Shown here in pieces: positions 59,336 to 64,000 of a stretch of DNA of 64,000 bases (its first letter is position 1; each line of letters starts with the position of its first letter). A model generated the notes under the pieces. That model made no database searches, was not told the DNA's origin, and saw only the letters and a program-made list of their open reading frames with translations. Location of the stretch: the NCBI GenBank assembly GCA_965644265.1, contig OZ286475.1:72974001-73038000 (forward strand), written 5' to 3'. The stretch comes from Glycera tridactyla. Its lineage: Eukaryota. The position numbers and the translations under genes were made by a program.

Positions 59336-62300
59336 AACAATGACCGGTCATTAATGCAAGCAACCGACAACAAATCCAATGATTTCCCCATAGAGAAACA
59401 ATCAAGGGAGGGAAACAGTCCTCAAAGAGGCCAAGAGTGGGTGAAAGTAGAGCGATAGAAAAGGGATAAAGAAGATAAAGAAGCAGTTCAAGAAGACATT
59501 TCAACACGGCGCAGATACAATAAGTGATAATTCACCTCTCACAGGCAGCCATTCACCACTTATCCAATACCAACTATCGCAGAATCGATGAGGAACAATT
59601 CACTATACACAGATAGCCATTCGTTCCCTTGTGTAATCCTGCCTCCTCCACTAATCAGACCACCTAAATCTGCGCGTACTCCACCACACATACTCTATAC
59701 AACATTGAATATGACCATCCAGTCAAAAATCCACACATATTCTCATTCACCTTCACGTTCAGCAGCATTCACACCCTTATGTATGGGCTATTATCATCGA
59801 TATGAGGAATATTAACCTCCATTGGCATTTAAATGTCTGTTTAGCCCATATATTGTGATTGGTGGAATATAGTCCCATCATAACGATGAATAATGTCGAA
59901 AATGAGGTAAGGCAGCATATATGTACATCGTCCATCAGGCTCATGACATATAAATCCCTACCTTAATCATGTTATTTTTATCATAAAAAAATAATAATAA
60001 AACTTGTCATGTAACCTGGTTCGCTGCCAAATCGCATATTGAGAATGGGGGTATCCATATCAATCCATATCGTCGTTCCATGATGCACAGTCGTGATATG
60101 CCCACCGGCTCGAGCTCAGAGATCCATATATCGTATCCATTTCATCGTTAGCAGAAAACGATCTCTGAAACTCAAGCAAATAAACACACCAGTTAATAAC
60201 TGTACAACATCATATTTTCAACATTTCAATCATAAATCAATCCCAACCCTCCCCATCCTAACAGCTGTCAATATCTTTACATTTTTACAGCCAATAAATG
60301 TGATTATCCTGTGATGAGATGCGATTACGATGCGATTAATGCGATTAAAATGCGATTAACCATACATTTCCCCCACATTGAAAAATAACAGACAGACAAG
60401 ACAGAACATACAATTTAGGGACTGAGTTGAACCATGGAAGATGGAATAAGGCAGAAATTCATTCAAAACCCTATCCTTGCATTTTGCAGGGTAGCCCCCT
60501 AACAAAACCCCATTTAGTCCGACACCCAGGGTGCCCTAGACATCACATTTTCCTAATAGAATTATACTAGCAACACACACAAAACCCAGCACAATTCTAT
60601 ATAGGGATGTGCTGTAATCTACAAATTATAGAAGAAAGGTCGTCTGTTCTAAAATTATAAGACCACCTTGACAAGACCGTACAGGCGCTCGCCAGAAATA
60701 AAACCTTTACACTAGGACCGCGCCCCTGGAACTTTCTGACACTCAATACAACCAGAGTCATTTATAACATACAATCGTCACGTGTAGTACAACAATAACA
60801 CTACAAGTCTAGACTCATTTATTTTCAGGACCGCGTCTCTTCTTCGCCACCTCCCTTAGACGCCATTCAGAGTGATTAGGCTGCCCAAGGCAATAACTCC
60901 ACATTTTAACCCATTTCAGTAGTAGGTGACAGTTGACTCCCCTGTATTTCGGTATAGTCCCCTTCGTCCATTGGAGGTGCGGACTCCCTTGGAACTTCCC
61001 CATCCCCAGCAGGTAGTTCCCTCAAGTCCGGATACACAGCAGGTGCAGCAGTGGACATCTCCCAGGTCTGCTTGCACTGCCATCCATCACAGGTGGGGAG
61101 ACAGATTTTATGGATAAGATAGATCTTCCCCGAAAAATTCCAGTTTGAACACAACCGAGAATTTTCCTTGCAGAATTTTCTTCGCCAAGTATTTCTGCCA
61201 GGGACAGAGAAACAGCGCCCCTGGGGGCGTGAATACAGTACGGCCCATCCTGTTTCCAACAACCATCCCTCTCCAGTATACTTCCAAAGTACCCCAGCAG
61301 TATTGGTCCACTATGTTATATGGACCAGGGCTACCCAGGCCCTTCAAGTGGTAGTTTGCCAGGGCTCCAGGCAATTTCATGATAAACACATCCACCTTGT
61401 CCACCAGATTTCCCAGCTCCAGGTACAATGCACACCTTGTCCTGAACCTGTTCACATAGATTTGCCTGATAATAAAGGACAGAACTACCAGCAATCCCAG
61501 TATTGATGCTAAGGCCAGCATAATGATTGATGGTGCTGATCTGTCCATCCAGCACTCCCTCCACTGCACTTCAGGTGGAGGCATTGCATTTGCAGGCGTA
61601 GGGTTAACGCTGACACCCTTGCCACCCATGCCTTCCAGCACTCATTCGGTGAGGTTGGCCCCACAAGGGCATAGGTCATGGGCATTGCTGCTGCGAGCCC
61701 ATAGGCCCGGACCATGTTTGCAAGCAATCTGTGTGACCTCCTCATGTATAGCATCATACTCAGTGATGCTGCAGCAATTAGCAAGCTGATCACTGACAAC
61801 ACATTAGCCAAAGTGAAAAAGTCGTCAGCATTGTCAAAATTCCAGGTGCTGGCAGGTAACTCCTTGATTGGATGCACTTCCAATCCTTCTTTTGCTTGTT
61901 TCATGACAGAAGCTAACTTCATGGAGTAGTCATAATCTCTGTTGAGATTGATATCAAAATCCTTGCTGACCTCTATCTCTGGCATAGCAGGTAGCCATTT
62001 CTCCTTGAACAGAGTACTCCCTGATATCTTGTCAATTTCCTCAGGTTTATAGATCATAGCCATCGCCGCCAAGTTGATGGGATGATCAACAACAAACTCC
62101 TGAGAAGCAGGGAGACAGTTAGTAATGCGAGGGGGTAGGGCTGCGGTAGATATAGGGTTAGAAATATGGATAGAGCACCCACACTGTAGCTCAATCTGAC
62201 AATACACACACCCCGGCCTCTTCTTTGGCAATTGCTGGTTGCATTGAATCATTATGGTTTCCAAAACAATGACCGGTCATTAATGCAAGCAACCGACAAC

Positions 62301-64000
62301 AAATCCAATGATTTCCCCATAGAGAAACAATCAAGGGAGGGAAACAGTCCTCAAAGAGGCCAAGAGTGGGTGAAAGTAGAGCGATAGAAAAGGGATAAAG
62401 AAGATAAAGAAGCAGTTCAAGAAGACATTTCAACACGGCGCAGATACAATAAGTGATAATTCACCTCTCACAGGCAGCCATTCACCACTTATCCAATACC
62501 AACTATCGCAGAATCGATGAGGAACAATTCACTATACACAGATAGCCATTCGTTCCCTTGTGTAATCCTGCCTCCTCCACTAATCAGACCACCTAAATCT
62601 GCGCGTACTCCACCACACATACTCTATACAACATTGAATATGACCATCCAGTCAAAAATCCACACATATTCTCATTCACCTTCACGTTCAGCAGCATTCA
62701 CACCCTTATGTATGGGCTATTATCATCGATATGAGGAATATTAACCTCCATTGGCATTTAAATGTCTGTTTAGCCCATATATTGTGATTGGTGGAATATA
62801 GTCCCATCATAACGATGAATAATGTCGAAAATGAGGTAAGGCAGCATATATGTACATCGTCCATCAGGCTCATGACATATAAATCCCTACCTTAATCATG
62901 TTATTTTTATCATAAAAAAATAATAATAAAACTTGTCATGTAACCTGGTTCGCTGCCAAATCGCATATTGAGAATGGGGGTATCCATATCAATCCATATC
63001 GTCGTTCCATGATGCACAGTCGTGATATGCCCACCGGCTCGAGCTCAGAGATCCATATATCGTATCCATTTCATCGTTAGCAGAAAACGATCTCTGAAAC
63101 TCAAGCAAATAAACACACCAGTTAATAACTGTACAACATCATATTTTCAACATTTCAATCATAAATCAATCCCAACCCTCCCCATCCTAACAGCTGTCAA
63201 TATCTTTACATTTTTACAACCAATAAATGTGATTATCCTGTGATTAGATGCGATTACGATGCGATTAATGCGATTAAAATGCGATTAACCATACATTTCC
63301 CCCACATTGAAAAATAACAGACAGACAAGACAGAACATACAATTTAGGGACTGAGTTGAACCATGGAAGATGGAATAAGGCAGAAATTCATTCAAAACCC
63401 TATCCTTGCATTTTGCAGGGTAGCCCCCTAACAAAACCCCATTTAGTCCGACACCCAGGGTGCCCTAGACATCACATTTTCCTAATAGAATTATACTAGC
63501 AACACACACAAAACCCAGCACAATTCTATATAGGGATGTGCTGTAATCTACAAATTATAGAAGAAAGGTCGTCTGTTCTAAAATTATAAGACCACCTTGA
63601 CGAGACCGTACAGGCGCTCGCCAGAAATAAAACCTTTACACTAGGACCGCGCCCCTGGAACTTTCTGACACTCAATACAACCAGAGTCATTTATAACATA
63701 CAATCGTCACGTGTAGTACAACAATAACACTACAAGTCTAGACTCATTTATTTTCAGGACCGCGTCTCTTCTTCGCCACCTCCCTTAGACGCCATTCAGA
63801 GTGATTAGGCTGCCCAAGGCAATAACTCCACATTTTAACCCATTTCAGTAGTAGGTGACAGTTGACTCCCCTGTATTTCGGTATAGTCCCCTTCGTCCAT
63901 TGGAGGTGCGGACTCCCTTGGAACTTCCCCATCCCCAGCAGGTAGTTCCCTCAAGTCCGGATACACAGCAGGTGCAGCAGTGGACATCTCCCAGGTCTGC

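Larger units (their letters stand above)
56400..64000 (-). mobile_element. Tandem ~2.93-kb units (2 complete plus 1 partial) of an LTR-retroelement 3' end: env-like ORF tail, 3'UTR, PPT, partial LTR
   Basis: Unit starts at 56400, 59328, 62257 (period 2928/2929). Minus-strand PPT GTGGGGGAAA is followed by TGTATGG at 57438, 60366, 63295. Env-like ORFs lie upstream in each complete unit. Confidence 0.72.

Overview
Eukaryotic (invertebrate-like, AT-rich, N-gapped scaffold) genomic DNA. The window is dominated by one large + strand gene that I assembled by eye from canonical AG/GT sites. It has a signal-peptide exon (ATG 2436) followed by 39 symmetric phase-1 exons up to 54040. These encode 22 fibronectin type II (FN2) domains of three classes (A x9, B x8, C x5) plus 17 short Cys-containing linker exons, about 1475 aa with no stop; the 3' end is not in the window. 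The gene has two tandem blocks: [xCP linker-A-B-GVC linker] x4, then [Thr-rich GVC linker-C-xCP linker-A-B] x~5. Class-B exons 1-4 are each followed by tandem copies of their own 3' end plus splice donor. After B3 these form 12 units, 11 of which read as in-frame 99/108-nt AG..GT cassettes. The introns carry a degenerate DIRS-type retrotransposon with recognisable ITR/ICR termini (6282-17587) and two nested LINEs, a tRNA-SINE, a MITE, a Helentron-like element and microsatellites. From 56400 there is a ~2.93-kb tandem triplication of an env-like gene end + PPT + partial LTR on the minus strand. All protein-family assignments come from motif recognition, not database searches.
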